Made by a program: the position numbers and the translations under genes
Notes under the pieces: model-generated
Databases searched by the model: none
What the model was told of the DNA's origin: nothing
Seen by the model: only the letters and a program-made list of their open reading frames with translations
NCBI GenBank assembly: GCA_003602535.1
Contig: QQSA01000075.1
Location: 3,853 to 63,338 of the forward strand
Direction: 5' to 3'
Origin: Candidatus Poseidoniales archaeon
GTDB lineage: Archaea; Thermoplasmatota; Poseidoniia; Poseidoniales; Poseidoniaceae
Length of the DNA: 59,486 nucleotides
Shown: one piece after another, positions 34,308 through 43,814 of the stretch
Numbering within the stretch: position 1 is the stretch's first letter
How the letters are laid out: every line of letters starts with the position of its first letter

Positions 34308-35341
34308 GCATTTTGCAATGTCATGATTTCTGTAACTCTTGAAGTCCAAATTTCTGCTTTTTCTCCGTCACTAATCGAAGCACAAAGTGCTGCTAACATA
34401 GCATCTTCAACATCTTCAGGGCTATCTAATAATTCAGAGAATAATTCTTCTCTATTCATTCGTTTAGCCAACATAAGCAATGCTCGTAAATCAGGTCTAT
34501 CTTCACCCGAATGACCAGGGTTGGTGTTTTCGACACACCATTCCAATACTCCATTGATATCATCTGGATTTACTTGTAACACAGGGGGGGCTTCTCCTAC
34601 AGATAGTGGCTTTGCATCCATTATTTGATCAGCAAATTTTTCAGCATCTTGGCTGATAAATCCGCTAGCAATTTCTACAAAAATGGCACCTGATTCTACT
34701 GCCAACTCGGTTTGCTTGGCTATCATTGAGTGTGCATGAGAATTGAATGCACATCTAGCTGCATCATAGGTTTGACCGAATGCAAGATGAATTCTTGCAG
34801 CTTGTATTCGTGAGATTGCAATTGTTTCATTGGCATGCCCAGCACTTCTAGAAATCTCTCCATGAACATGTAATGCCATCATTGGTTCATCAATTGATAG
34901 ATGGAATGCTGCTTTGTTGAGCAATGAAATATCGTGATCTCTGCTCGCCTTGGAAACTGATTTCAAACGTGTTTCTGCCCAAGTTAAATCATCTCTTGCA
35001 TTTTCAATATCACCATTTTCAAAATGGACTAAACCTCGTTCCATCCTTAGCCGACCTTCTAGTGCTAAATCTCTCGATTCAGGGTTTCTTGCTACCACAA
35101 GCGCTTCTTCTATAGATTCTAGTGTAATGTTACCGGCTATCCTTTGTTTCACCAAATCCAAGACTTTGGTTTCAGCTAGACTTAATTTATCTTGCAAAAA
35201 GTCAACTATGTTGCTATTCATTACCAATCCTAACTCAGCAACTCCAAGCCAACTTTTCCAGCCCATTTTTTCTAGCAAATGATCAAGTTCTCTTTCGCCG
35301 TTTTCGAAAGCTATGATTATTTCTTCAGGATTCATTTTCAT
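34304..35341 (-). CDS. hypothetical helical-repeat protein
   Basis: 345-aa all-helical composition with TPR-like hairpins (GLVHFENGDIENARDDLTWAETRL). Its stop overlaps the convergent gene's stop by 3 nt. Confidence 0.5.
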   Translation of the reverse strand: MKMNPEEIIIAFENGERELDHLLEKMGWKSWLGVAELGLVMNSNIVDFLQDKLSLAETKVLDLVKQRIAGNITLESIEEALVVARNPESRDLALEGRLRMERGLVHFENGDIENARDDLTWAETRLKSVSKASRDHDISLLNKAAFHLSIDEPMMALHVHGEISRSAGHANETIAISRIQAARIHLAFGQTYDAARCAFNSHAHSMIAKQTELAVESGAIFVEIASGFISQDAEKFADQIMDAKPLSVGEAPPVLQVNPDDINGVLEWCVENTNPGHSGEDRPDLRALLMLAKRMNREELFSELLDSPEDVEDAMLAALCASISDGEKAEIWTSRVTEIMTLQNA

Positions 35342-36308
35342 TCCTCTTTGTATTGGCTAAAATATTGATGAAGGCTGTTTCTGCAGCGATTCGATCGCAT
35401 TTTCCAGTCCAGCCTGCTGCGCCGTCATGTCCCCCGCCTTCTCCACCCATTTTTTCAGCGAGGTTTTGCATCATCTTTCCAAGATGAATTCCGGAAATTG
35501 TCGAAGATCGTGGTGCTCTAGCAGTAAGCCTAGTTTCTCCATCTCTATTGCGTGAAACGAGTGCTACTTCTGCACCTGCTTGGATAATCAGTGAGGCTAC
35601 TTTCCCTTCATGGATGCCTGCATGGGTGTGGACTAGATTCCATTTCCCTGATTCAATGGATTGACATCTGGATAAACCCTTCAATATAGCTCCTCTGTCA
35701 CTGGCAGAAATTTCTTCATTCTGCACATTCTCTACAAATTCTTGATACTCAAATGTAGCTCCTTCTAAAATTTGCGCGGCGCAATATAGTGATGCTTGAT
35801 CAGCATGCCTAAATCTCCCAGTATCGGTTATTAGTCCTGCTAGTAAGAGTTTACGTACTTGATTAGAAAGTGTATTTGGTGAATTGATTTTTAGATATTC
35901 AAAAACCATCTGAGTTGTCGCCCTTGCATCGCTTCGCAACTCCAAATCTCCGGCTCCGAATTCCCATTCACAAGTATCGTGGTGATCTATCACACAAATT
36001 GGAACCCCGTCGGGAATAGTTACTCCTGTTTGTGATTCGGATGCAGCGTCGACAATAATTATGCCACCGATTTTTGATGGCCATGATGGATTTTTTGATA
36101 ATTTACGGAATGGTGCATTCATTTCCTGACACAAGCGATTAGCAAGTCTTCCAAGATGCAGTCCACAAGCTAGCAGGTTTGGATTAGATGCGGCTAGGGC
36201 TATTGCGGAACCTATGGTGTCCATATCACCATTTCTACCTGTCAATACTGGTACGGCACCATTCGCAGTGGCCCTTTCTATCCAGTCAGCCAGTCTTTCC
36301 AAAATCAT
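35325..36308 (-). CDS. DHH/DHHA1-family phosphoesterase (NrnA-like)
   Basis: Motifs GDMDTIGS, VIDHHD and GGGHDGAAG. 327 aa. Confidence 0.8.
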   Translation of the reverse strand: MILERLADWIERATANGAVPVLTGRNGDMDTIGSAIALAASNPNLLACGLHLGRLANRLCQEMNAPFRKLSKNPSWPSKIGGIIIVDAASESQTGVTIPDGVPICVIDHHDTCEWEFGAGDLELRSDARATTQMVFEYLKINSPNTLSNQVRKLLLAGLITDTGRFRHADQASLYCAAQILEGATFEYQEFVENVQNEEISASDRGAILKGLSRCQSIESGKWNLVHTHAGIHEGKVASLIIQAGAEVALVSRNRDGETRLTARAPRSSTISGIHLGKMMQNLAEKMGGEGGGHDGAAGWTGKCDRIAAETAFINILANTKRNENES

Positions 36309-36613
36309 CCCTCGAGAGATTGCTTAAGTTTTTCATATGTTGAAATCAGTTCAGCTTCCCTTTCCGCCATTGTTGTTACCGCAGATTTCATCTGAACTAA
36401 TGTAGTTTCCAAATCTTTCAACAATTGTTCTCTGTCGTCGACTTCGATTAGAATGGTTCCCATCTGGCGATGCAATGCCATGTCCTCAGGTTGGTTTTTT
36501 ACAGCAGTCACAGTTCCTTCAAGTTCTCTCAATTGGGCATTCAGTGAAGCAACTTGTTGCCTTGCTGCTTGTACTTCTGCGACTACCATCTGTAATTGTT
36601 GGGCTGCTTCCAT
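36305..36613 (-). CDS. pfdB: prefoldin beta subunit
   Basis: 102-aa coiled coil, beta hairpin, coiled coil (…PEDMALHRQMGTILIEVD…). Its position at the end of the exosome superoperon supports the call. Confidence 0.7.
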   Translation of the reverse strand: MEAAQQLQMVVAEVQAARQQVASLNAQLRELEGTVTAVKNQPEDMALHRQMGTILIEVDDREQLLKDLETTLVQMKSAVTTMAEREAELISTYEKLKQSLEG

Positions 36614-36637
36614 GTTTCCACCTCAGACACCGGGGGT

Positions 36638-36844
36638 TCAAGAATCCATCACTTCAATCACTTTGCTTGCAATAACCAAAGATCTCATTCTCGTATTCCA
36701 CATAGCTCTTGCATCTTTAGCACGAGCTTCCTCCAGAACAAAACTAAAATTCGTAGCACTGACTAACACTTTTTCTTCACTAGCTAGACTAGATGCCAAT
36801 GATTTGGCAAATGGCGAATCCACCGATAGGCGGACATGCCACAT
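36638..36844 (-). CDS. pcc1: KEOPS subunit Pcc1-like protein
   Basis: 68 aa. The C-terminal AKDARAMWNTRMRSLVIASKVIEV resembles, from memory, the archaeal Pcc1 C-terminus (…D..ALR..(V/L)NS.LRWI..A..VIEV). Its context next to rpl37ae and pfdB fits. Confidence 0.55.
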   Translation of the reverse strand: MWHVRLSVDSPFAKSLASSLASEEKVLVSATNFSFVLEEARAKDARAMWNTRMRSLVIASKVIEVMDS

Positions 36845-36850
36845 AACAAA

Positions 36851-37216
36851 TCACTCCTCTTCGTCGATTTCACCAGCAACTAGTGCACGCTCGTATTCGA
36901 TAGCAGCTTGCTGTGCGATGTAAGCCATATCTGCAGTTGTTGCACCATCTGCATTTCGGCGAATGATTCTGTTGTTTGTATCAGATGCACGAGTGTAAGG
37001 TTCCCATGCGCCACCAGCAAATGTGTGTCCACACTTACTGCATGCCCAGATCCCGACCGACTTGCGGCTAACCTTGCGGTATTGGCATACAGGACATGTA
37101 TACTTCGCGGATTTTTTCTTCATGGCCATGCCTGCGTTACGGCGTACACTGACACCATATCTTGCACCGAATCGGCCGGTTGCTCCTGCCTTCTGTGTTC
37201 GCTTTGCCATGTTCAT
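36851..37216 (-). CDS. rpl37ae: 50S ribosomal protein eL43 (L37Ae) with an acidic C-terminal extension
   Basis: GRFGARYG and the zinc ribbon CPVC...CSKC. ATGA overlap with the rrp42 stop. The last roughly 40 aa lie beyond the usual core and end in GEIDEEE. Confidence 0.9.
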   Translation of the reverse strand: MNMAKRTQKAGATGRFGARYGVSVRRNAGMAMKKKSAKYTCPVCQYRKVSRKSVGIWACSKCGHTFAGGAWEPYTRASDTNNRIIRRNADGATTADMAYIAQQAAIEYERALVAGEIDEEE

Positions 37217-37998
37217 TCCTCCTTGGAATTGACCAGATTAGCAAGTTCTGCGCAGCGTTGCTGAGCGACTCCTAGTATCTCGTCGAATTCGGCCGGCGTG
37301 AAAGTTCCCTTTAATCCCTTCTGAAGTGAATGTAGGTGACCCTCATCACCAAGAGTGATGTGAATTCTTTCATCTCCACCCAATTCTTCTTCTTCATTTG
37401 CATCCAGAACATATCGTCCTCCAACACGAGTAAATGAGCACATTGTGGGTGTCATGGATACAGCAAGTGGATAGTCTTCACCAATATCGAATCTTTCTGC
37501 TGGAACGATTGCGGTTCTAAGAGCAGCAATTGCTCCAAGTGCACAAGCATCGAAGATATTTCCTTTGTCAGATAGTACGTGGATATCGATCATGACTCCC
37601 AGAACCTTTTCCCCAGGAATAATACACAGAGAATCCATGTCGATACATCCAGATTCACGAATCCCTCTGTCCACAACTCTTCCAAGTTCAATAGATTGAG
37701 GTGAAGGTGGTCCTGGTTCGTACTTTCTTCCGGCAACTGGTCGTAGTTCAGCCCCACACATTAGCGAACCTTCAGCAGGTCTGTCTGGCCAAGGAGTTCT
37801 GATTTCGAATTTGACACCAGCGTAAATTATGGTGTCTCCCCATGTGACCTTAGCACTACCTTCAGCGTTGTAAAGGCAGTTTGTTTCAAGTTTGATATCA
37901 CGGGATTCCCAGCGTCCACGGCCATCGATACGCTGATCTTTATCTGCAAGAGCAGCTAACTCCTGACGAAGTAGACTTGGTACTAATTCAACCATCAA
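37213..37998 (-). CDS. rrp42: exosome complex subunit Rrp42 (RNase PH-like, inactive)
   Basis: RIDGRGRWESRDIK and the RNase PH fold length. It sits immediately downstream of rrp41 with a 4-nt overlap. Confidence 0.9.
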   Translation of the reverse strand: MMVELVPSLLRQELAALADKDQRIDGRGRWESRDIKLETNCLYNAEGSAKVTWGDTIIYAGVKFEIRTPWPDRPAEGSLMCGAELRPVAGRKYEPGPPSPQSIELGRVVDRGIRESGCIDMDSLCIIPGEKVLGVMIDIHVLSDKGNIFDACALGAIAALRTAIVPAERFDIGEDYPLAVSMTPTMCSFTRVGGRYVLDANEEEELGGDERIHITLGDEGHLHSLQKGLKGTFTPAEFDEILGVAQQRCAELANLVNSKEE

Positions 37999-38732
37999 GA
38001 TTCACCTCCATTCTTTTCGGCATATCTACGCTTCAATGCATCAATCATCAAAACATGAATTTCTTTTGCAGCTTTCATATTGTATTCCATGCAAGTATTG
38101 TACTCTTCAACCGACAAATCGCCGTCCATCTGTAAGAATGCAATTTCTCCTGTGGTTGGGAGTATACCCATTGGCAAATCCGCTTGTCCGTAGTTGTCTT
38201 CAGCCTTGTCTAAATCTAGAACTACAGTGTCTTCGATCTTTCCGCTTGCAACTCCGACAATCATGTCACGCATTGGGATTCCTGCATCTGCTAGGGCAAC
38301 TGCAGCAGCAGTAATTCCTACACATCTTGTACCTGCTTCAGCAGCAAGTATCTCAATTTCAACTCTAATCTTTGAGCGAGGATATCTTTCTACTAACACC
38401 ACGCTTTCCAAAGCTTCTGCAGTAACCTTACTGATTTCTCTGGAACGGCGATTGAAACCTGGTCGGATTCTATCGCTTGTAGAAAATGGTGCCATGTTGT
38501 ATCTAACGTCTATGACAGCACGGTCTTGACGCTGGATCTTACGTGGATGTGCTTCCATTGGTCCATAAACAGCACAAACTGCTACATTTAGTCCGTGCTT
38601 TACCCATGCTGAACCATCAGCTGCAGGTAAAATACCTGCCTCAACTTGAACTTCTCTCATCTCATCGACTTTACGACCATCTAGTCGCAAACCATCATCA
38701 CGTAGTAACTTTACATCTCCGTATCCGCCCAT
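37995..38732 (-). CDS. rrp41: exosome complex exonuclease Rrp41 (RNase PH)
   Basis: RLDGRKVDEMR, GSAWVKHG and the phosphate-site-like region RRSREISK. 245 aa. Confidence 0.92.
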   Translation of the reverse strand: MGGYGDVKLLRDDGLRLDGRKVDEMREVQVEAGILPAADGSAWVKHGLNVAVCAVYGPMEAHPRKIQRQDRAVIDVRYNMAPFSTSDRIRPGFNRRSREISKVTAEALESVVLVERYPRSKIRVEIEILAAEAGTRCVGITAAAVALADAGIPMRDMIVGVASGKIEDTVVLDLDKAEDNYGQADLPMGILPTTGEIAFLQMDGDLSVEEYNTCMEYNMKAAKEIHVLMIDALKRRYAEKNGGES

Positions 38733-39454
38733 TAGGCATTCCTCCTGTTTTCGATTAATGCTTCAATTGAAGCATTGAATGTGGCCTTGTGGCCTTCGTT
38801 GCGTACCAAATCGATTACAGTACGCATGAATGCGATTCCATCTGCATCTCCATCGACCCAGACTCTTCCATTTTCAGCGACTATTATTCGACAGTCGCTA
38901 ACTTCTTTCAAACTACGCAGAATGGAATCTCCTTCTCCTCGTAGTCGTGAAATATGATTCATTGAAATTTCTGACATTATGCCTTCCTTCAATCTTCTAA
39001 GGCCAACGCCCTTCATTGTCAAAACAATATTGTGTGCTTCGTCTACTTCTTGTACACGTGCCAACATGACATCTCCGATGTCCATCTGTTCTCGTGCAGC
39101 ACCAAATTCTACTTTCCAAGGTGCGAGTGACATTGGTAATAATCCATTGAAAGGGCCATTTACATCTGCAAACCAAAGATTGTTTCGTACACTTTCTACT
39201 ACTCCGATAACTAGGTCACCAGATCTCGGCATGTAAGCCGAATGAATGGGGTCAACCGAAGTTACCCCGTTGTATTCTTTAACCCAACCAACTTTGGTTG
39301 CTATAATATTGTCACCCATGATTAGGGTTCCTGTTCCTGCTCGCACTCCTGTTGAGGCCCCGATGGCCTCTCCCGGAGTCACGAGGCGCAGCTCGGCGCC
39401 TTCTTTCGCTCCTGACATTTCTTTGTCTCCAAGCCGGGCGACCCGCCATCCCAT
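38732..39454 (-). CDS. rrp4: exosome RNA-binding subunit Rrp4 (S1 + KH)
   Basis: VTPGEAIG at the N-terminus, an S1-like GDLVIGVV segment and a KH-like C-terminus. TAATG overlap with rrp41. An alternative start is at 39418. Confidence 0.88.
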   Translation of the reverse strand: MGWRVARLGDKEMSGAKEGAELRLVTPGEAIGASTGVRAGTGTLIMGDNIIATKVGWVKEYNGVTSVDPIHSAYMPRSGDLVIGVVESVRNNLWFADVNGPFNGLLPMSLAPWKVEFGAAREQMDIGDVMLARVQEVDEAHNIVLTMKGVGLRRLKEGIMSEISMNHISRLRGEGDSILRSLKEVSDCRIIVAENGRVWVDGDADGIAFMRTVIDLVRNEGHKATFNASIEALIENRRNA

Positions 39455-39480
39455 GATAAAGCAGACGCATGAAGTGACAA

Positions 39481-40179
39481 TTACAATTCTTTAACTTCAG
39501 CGTTAGACGCTACACTCTTTACTTTACCAATTAGATTGCCAGCCATTCCAGGAGGGCACTCAATAATGCAAGCCCAGTCACCATTTGATAGCCATTCATC
39601 TTTATCGATATATGGTCGTAAAAATTTGCCACATGCACCATATCCTGAGCCAGGAATTCTGAATGCGATTCTTACAGGTTCAAATGATAGTGGAATTAAT
39701 GGTTTTAGAATTTCAATGGCGTCTTTTATCTGTACTTCCAATCTCTTGAATGGGTCGACAGAAAAACGACTTTCTTCCAAAGCCAATTCAATCCTAGTTT
39801 TGGGATGTGGTGTTTTCGCCTTTGGATCGATTGCAGTCGAATGAATTTCTTGTATGATGAGTTGCCTTTTTTGCTCTACCAGTTCTTTGCGTTGATTAGT
39901 TGTGAGTTGGATGCTACCTTTCTCGAGTATCATAGCAGCAATTTCACCTATTTCTTGAGTTCCAAATGTTGCTTCAATCGCATCTTCTGTTGGCCTATCG
40001 CCACCCCTGGCATCATTCCAAACTTCATCGGTTGCCAAAAAATCATCAATGTTTACGCTAGAAGGATCTGCTTTGAATGATTCAACCAAATCTGGGTCAA
40101 CCAATATCTCATATCGTTTGCCGCCATATTCCCAGCGTGCCAAGACTGCTTCGTCAAGGCTTACCATGAATATATTCAC
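39481..40179 (-). CDS. sdo1: SBDS/Sdo1 ribosome maturation protein
   Basis: ARWEYGGKRYEILVDPD at the N-terminus is typical of archaeal SBDS. 232 aa. 4-nt overlap with the psmA stop. Confidence 0.88.
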   Translation of the reverse strand: MNIFMVSLDEAVLARWEYGGKRYEILVDPDLVESFKADPSSVNIDDFLATDEVWNDARGGDRPTEDAIEATFGTQEIGEIAAMILEKGSIQLTTNQRKELVEQKRQLIIQEIHSTAIDPKAKTPHPKTRIELALEESRFSVDPFKRLEVQIKDAIEILKPLIPLSFEPVRIAFRIPGSGYGACGKFLRPYIDKDEWLSNGDWACIIECPPGMAGNLIGKVKSVASNAEVKEL

Positions 40180-40898
40180 TCCTCTAACGGCTTAAGTCGA
40201 TCAATTTGCTTGTTGACTTCGTTTCTATCAAGCACACGATATCCTTCAGAGTCAATGACTGAAACTTCTACAGCGTCTCTGTTAAGCTCCTGGTCATTTG
40301 CATTTCTCAGAGCTTCTAGTCCGAGCTTCATTGCTGCATTAAGAGTAAGATTTTCCTTCCAATTCTTTTCGAAATAATCGATTACAGTATTTCTTCCGCT
40401 ACCAATTGCTCCTGCATGGTATGATTGGTAAGCACCCGATGGATCTGTTTCGAATAGATGAATTCCATTATCATCAACTCCTCCAATCAAAAGTGCAGTC
40501 CCGAACGGTCGTGAGCCACCATATTGTGTGAATGATTGCTTGAAATCACAAATCTTCTTTGTCAGAATATCAACTGGCACAGAAGCAGCATAAGTGATTC
40601 TGTTAACTTGAGCTTCTACACGAGCTCTAGCAACTAACTGTCGGGCATCAGCCACTAATCCACTGGTTGCAATACCAACATGATCGTCAATCTTGAACAT
40701 TTTTTCGATAGATTCAGGAATAATTAATCGACTTGCAATACGCTTGTCACAAACCAACACAACACCATCTCTGAACTTTAGTCCAGCAGTTGTAGTCCCT
40801 CTCTTAACGCTCTCTCTAGCATATTCTACCTGAAACAATCTTCCATCTGGACTGAATGTAGTAATGCCATGGTCATATCCTCTTCCGCTTGGCTGCAA
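40176..40898 (-). CDS. psmA: proteasome subunit alpha
   Basis: YDHGITTFSPDGRLFQVEYA is the alpha-subunit signature. I propose a TTG start at 40898, preceded by GAGGTG (40905-40910) with a 6-nt spacer, giving about 240 aa. The long ORF to 41024 adds an atypical 42-aa leader. Confidence 0.85.
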   Translation of the reverse strand: MQPSGRGYDHGITTFSPDGRLFQVEYARESVKRGTTTAGLKFRDGVVLVCDKRIASRLIIPESIEKMFKIDDHVGIATSGLVADARQLVARARVEAQVNRITYAASVPVDILTKKICDFKQSFTQYGGSRPFGTALLIGGVDDNGIHLFETDPSGAYQSYHAGAIGSGRNTVIDYFEKNWKENLTLNAAMKLGLEALRNANDQELNRDAVEVSVIDSEGYRVLDRNEVNKQIDRLKPLEE

Positions 40899-40961
40899 AG
40901 TGTCCACCTCTGGTCGCTGTCCGGGTCGGGGTCTTATCAACCTTGGCGGGATGCGAGTTGT

Positions 40962-41609
40962 ATGAAGGTGGCTGTACTCTCCAGTGGTGGCAAGGATAGT
41001 AGCGCTGCTATTTGGTGGGCTCAATGCAAGGGTTGGGACTTAACTCACCTAGTTACAATGATTGTCGAAGGCGATGATTCATGGATGTTCCAGATTCCAG
41101 GTACATCGTTAGTCGAGAAGCAAGCTGAGTTGTGTAATTGCAAATGGCTTCCGATAACTACTCAGGGTATCCAGGATGAAGAAATCACAGACTTGGAAAT
41201 GGAATTGAGAAATCTAGACATCGATGGAATTGTCTCGGGTGCAATAAGATCTGATTATCAGAAGACCAGATTAGAAAGAATGTGTGAGCGGTTAGGAATC
41301 AAATCATTTTCACCGCTTTGGCACCAATCAAGCATCTTACACATGGAAGGTCTAGTAAAAAATGGATTTGAAGTAATGATTACAAGTGTATCTTCAGATG
41401 GCCTATCTGAAGAGTGGCTGGGGCATGTCTTGACCGAAGAGTCATTAGCCAAATTGAAGTCTCTTGCATTGAAATATAGATTTAATGTCGATGGCGAGGG
41501 AGGAGAGTACGAGACACTTGTGATAGCAGGACCTCACATGAATGGAGTACTAGATTTATGCTACAAAACTCATTGGGATGGAGTTAGAGGACACTTGATT
41601 TTTGAATAA
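40962..41609 (+). CDS. dph6: diphthine-ammonia ligase (Dph6 / MJ0570-type PP-loop ATPase)
   Basis: MKVAVLSSGGKDSS PP-loop at the N-terminus and C-terminal GEGGEYETLV. The ATG at 40962 is preferred because the upstream part overlaps psmA. Confidence 0.8.
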   Translation: MKVAVLSSGGKDSSAAIWWAQCKGWDLTHLVTMIVEGDDSWMFQIPGTSLVEKQAELCNCKWLPITTQGIQDEEITDLEMELRNLDIDGIVSGAIRSDYQKTRLERMCERLGIKSFSPLWHQSSILHMEGLVKNGFEVMITSVSSDGLSEEWLGHVLTEESLAKLKSLALKYRFNVDGEGGEYETLVIAGPHMNGVLDLCYKTHWDGVRGHLIFE

Positions 41610-41676
41610 TTAGTGCCGATAGTAATCTTGTTCTGGACTCGGAATGTTCATGACCTTTGCTCAGAGGGAGTACAAT

Positions 41677-43026
41677 ATGGCATTCTGCCCACTAGACTAT
41701 CGATATGGTTGCCAAGAGTTCAAAGAAATATGGTCTGAACTTGGCCGTCATCAGCGCCAATTAGAGGTAGAGAGAGCTCTTGTTTGGGCACATAAAGAGA
41801 TGGGAAAGGTCTCTGAAGAAGATTATGCCAAGGTTGCAGAAATTGCTGTTCCTAGTGTAGTTACGAAAGAAAGAGTTTCTGAAATTGAAGCTGAAACTAG
41901 GCACGACATTATGGCATTGACTAAAGCCATGGCCGAAGCAGCAGGTGAGGCAGGTTGGTGTATTCACTTAGGTGCAACATCCAATGATATTGTTGATACA
42001 GCAGTCGGGCTGCAACTTCGAGATTCGATAATTCTACTGCGAAAGCAATTGTGTAATTTAATCGAAGTTACTGCAAATCTAGCTGAGAAAGAACGTGATA
42101 CCGTAATGCTAGGTAGAACTCATGGACAGGCAGCTGTACCTATCACATTTGGTCTGAAAACGGCTGTATGGCTTGATGAAATGAGAAGACAACTAGTGCG
42201 TCTTGACGAAGCAACTCCTAGAATTGCTGTTGGGAAATTTTTGGGAGCTGTGGGCACAGGTGCTGCACAAGGTGATGGAGCAAGAGAACTACAGCGTCTA
42301 ATTCTAACACACTTAGGTTTACAAGTCCCTCTTGCAACAACACAAGTAGTTGGTAGAGATCGGTATGTCGAGTATGTTTCTTGGCTAGCTAATGTTGCTT
42401 GTACCTGCGAAAAGGTTCTCCAGGAAATCCGTAACCTTCAGCGTTCTGAAATTGCTGAAGCCGGAGAAGGGTTCGATGTAAAGAAACAGGTAGGATCTTC
42501 AACTATGGCACACAAAAAGAATCCAATAAAATCTGAAAATGCATCAGGACTGGCAAGAATTGTTCGTTCATTCATTATTCCAACTTATGAGAACGCATTA
42601 CTTTGGCATGAGAGAGACCTTGCTAACTCGAGTAGCGAGAGATTCACTTTATCTCATGGTTCTGCTTTGTGTGAAGATGTAATCTCTAAGACAACTAATG
42701 TTTTGACAAACCTTTGGGTCGACAGAGAGCGAATGCTGGCCAATATCGCAAGTCAAAAAGGACTGGTTATGGCTGAAAAAGTTATGATTGAACTTGTGGG
42801 ACACGGAATTGGTCGCGATGAGTCGCATGAGATTCTGCGTTCTGCTTCATTTGAGGCAATAGCTAACGGAGAGGAATTAATCGATGTGTGTGCTAGAACA
42901 CCAGCGGTTGCTGCAGCATTTTCAGTTGAAGAATTGGAAGCAATGTTTGATCCTGCAAATCATATTGGAGTATCAGGTGAAATTGTAGACGAGGCTGTTG
43001 AATTAGCTAGAGCAGCAATTCAATGA
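41677..43026 (+). CDS. purB: adenylosuccinate lyase
   Basis: N-terminal PLDYRYG, GSSTMAHKKNP signature loop. The ATG at 41677 is preceded by GGGAG; the ORF opens at 41644. Confidence 0.92.
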   Translation: MAFCPLDYRYGCQEFKEIWSELGRHQRQLEVERALVWAHKEMGKVSEEDYAKVAEIAVPSVVTKERVSEIEAETRHDIMALTKAMAEAAGEAGWCIHLGATSNDIVDTAVGLQLRDSIILLRKQLCNLIEVTANLAEKERDTVMLGRTHGQAAVPITFGLKTAVWLDEMRRQLVRLDEATPRIAVGKFLGAVGTGAAQGDGARELQRLILTHLGLQVPLATTQVVGRDRYVEYVSWLANVACTCEKVLQEIRNLQRSEIAEAGEGFDVKKQVGSSTMAHKKNPIKSENASGLARIVRSFIIPTYENALLWHERDLANSSSERFTLSHGSALCEDVISKTTNVLTNLWVDRERMLANIASQKGLVMAEKVMIELVGHGIGRDESHEILRSASFEAIANGEELIDVCARTPAVAAAFSVEELEAMFDPANHIGVSGEIVDEAVELARAAIQ

Positions 43027-43460
43027 GTTTCATCTTCATCAACTTCTGTCTGCATCATAGATGTTCTAACAAGAATCATTGCAGTAATGGCAGAAACTGT
43101 GAAGGCAATACCTACCATTTTTGACATACTATACCAAAGTGCAATCAATCCGCCCAGAGAAACATATGCTACAATAGTACATAGTGAAGATGCGAAATTC
43201 AACTTTCTTAACATGTCATCATTCAATTTGCCATTATTTTCTAACAAAAATGTGTAAATCAAGAAATAAATTCCTTGGAAGGGAATTGTAGCTGCAATGA
43301 CAGTGAGAGCAATCTCTCGTATCGCTTTAGGATTTGCTTCTTGTTCAATGCCTTGGAAAAGCATTACAGCAGTATTGGTACCCAACAATGCGGCCATAAT
43401 TGTCCAACGCTTATCTTGAGATGAAGTTCTACTTTCGACATTGACTGAACCTTCACTCAT
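43020..43460 (-). CDS. hypothetical membrane protein (about 4 TM helices)
   Basis: 146-aa hydrophobic ORF with an acidic C-terminus. Overlaps the purB stop by 7 nt. Confidence 0.5.
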   Translation of the reverse strand: MSEGSVNVESRTSSQDKRWTIMAALLGTNTAVMLFQGIEQEANPKAIREIALTVIAATIPFQGIYFLIYTFLLENNGKLNDDMLRKLNFASSLCTIVAYVSLGGLIALWYSMSKMVGIAFTVSAITAMILVRTSMMQTEVDEDETH

Positions 43461-43533
43461 GAAACCGGTGCTAACTATGAAGGGTTTGTATGTTGCCCTA
43501 AAGAAAATTGAAAAATGGCCAAATATAAACTGT

Positions 43534-43788
43534 CTAGAGGTAACGGAATGCCAGAATTATTCCACCGGTAATCGATGCAATAATAATCAGCAATACAATC
43601 ATTGCATTCGGTCCATATTCGTTTGAATCATCTAGGGCAGTTCCAAGTAGACCATCCCTGGAAATCGCTTTGGAGAAACTACCTGCCTCTTCAAAGTAAG
43701 GTAATTCTCTTCTTGGAATCCTTTCACCCTTGCGTAATTCCCCGGCCATGTTCGATGTGAAGGGTGGTTGGGTCATATGGGTTGTCAT
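43534..43788 (-). CDS. possible small tail-anchored membrane protein
   Basis: The ATG at 43788 is chosen; the longer ORF would run into the divergent CBS gene. C-terminal TM helix AMIVLLIIIASITGGIILAF. Confidence 0.3.
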   Translation of the reverse strand: MTTHMTQPPFTSNMAGELRKGERIPRRELPYFEEAGSFSKAISRDGLLGTALDDSNEYGPNAMIVLLIIIASITGGIILAFRYL

Positions 43789-43814
43789 CGTATTATTGAT
43801 GGGAAAGCAATATC

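Noticed and set aside
36453-36923. 156-aa + strand ORF spanning pfdB, pcc1 and rpl37ae in antisense
   Set aside because: It crosses three well-supported minus-strand genes and their spacers, and its composition is low-complexity.
40899-41024. 42-aa N-terminal leader on the proteasome alpha subunit in the longest ORF
   Set aside because: Alpha subunits normally begin a few residues before the YD..IT.FSP motif. A TTG with a well-spaced GAGGTG is available at 40898. The leader would also overlap the divergent dph6 start region.
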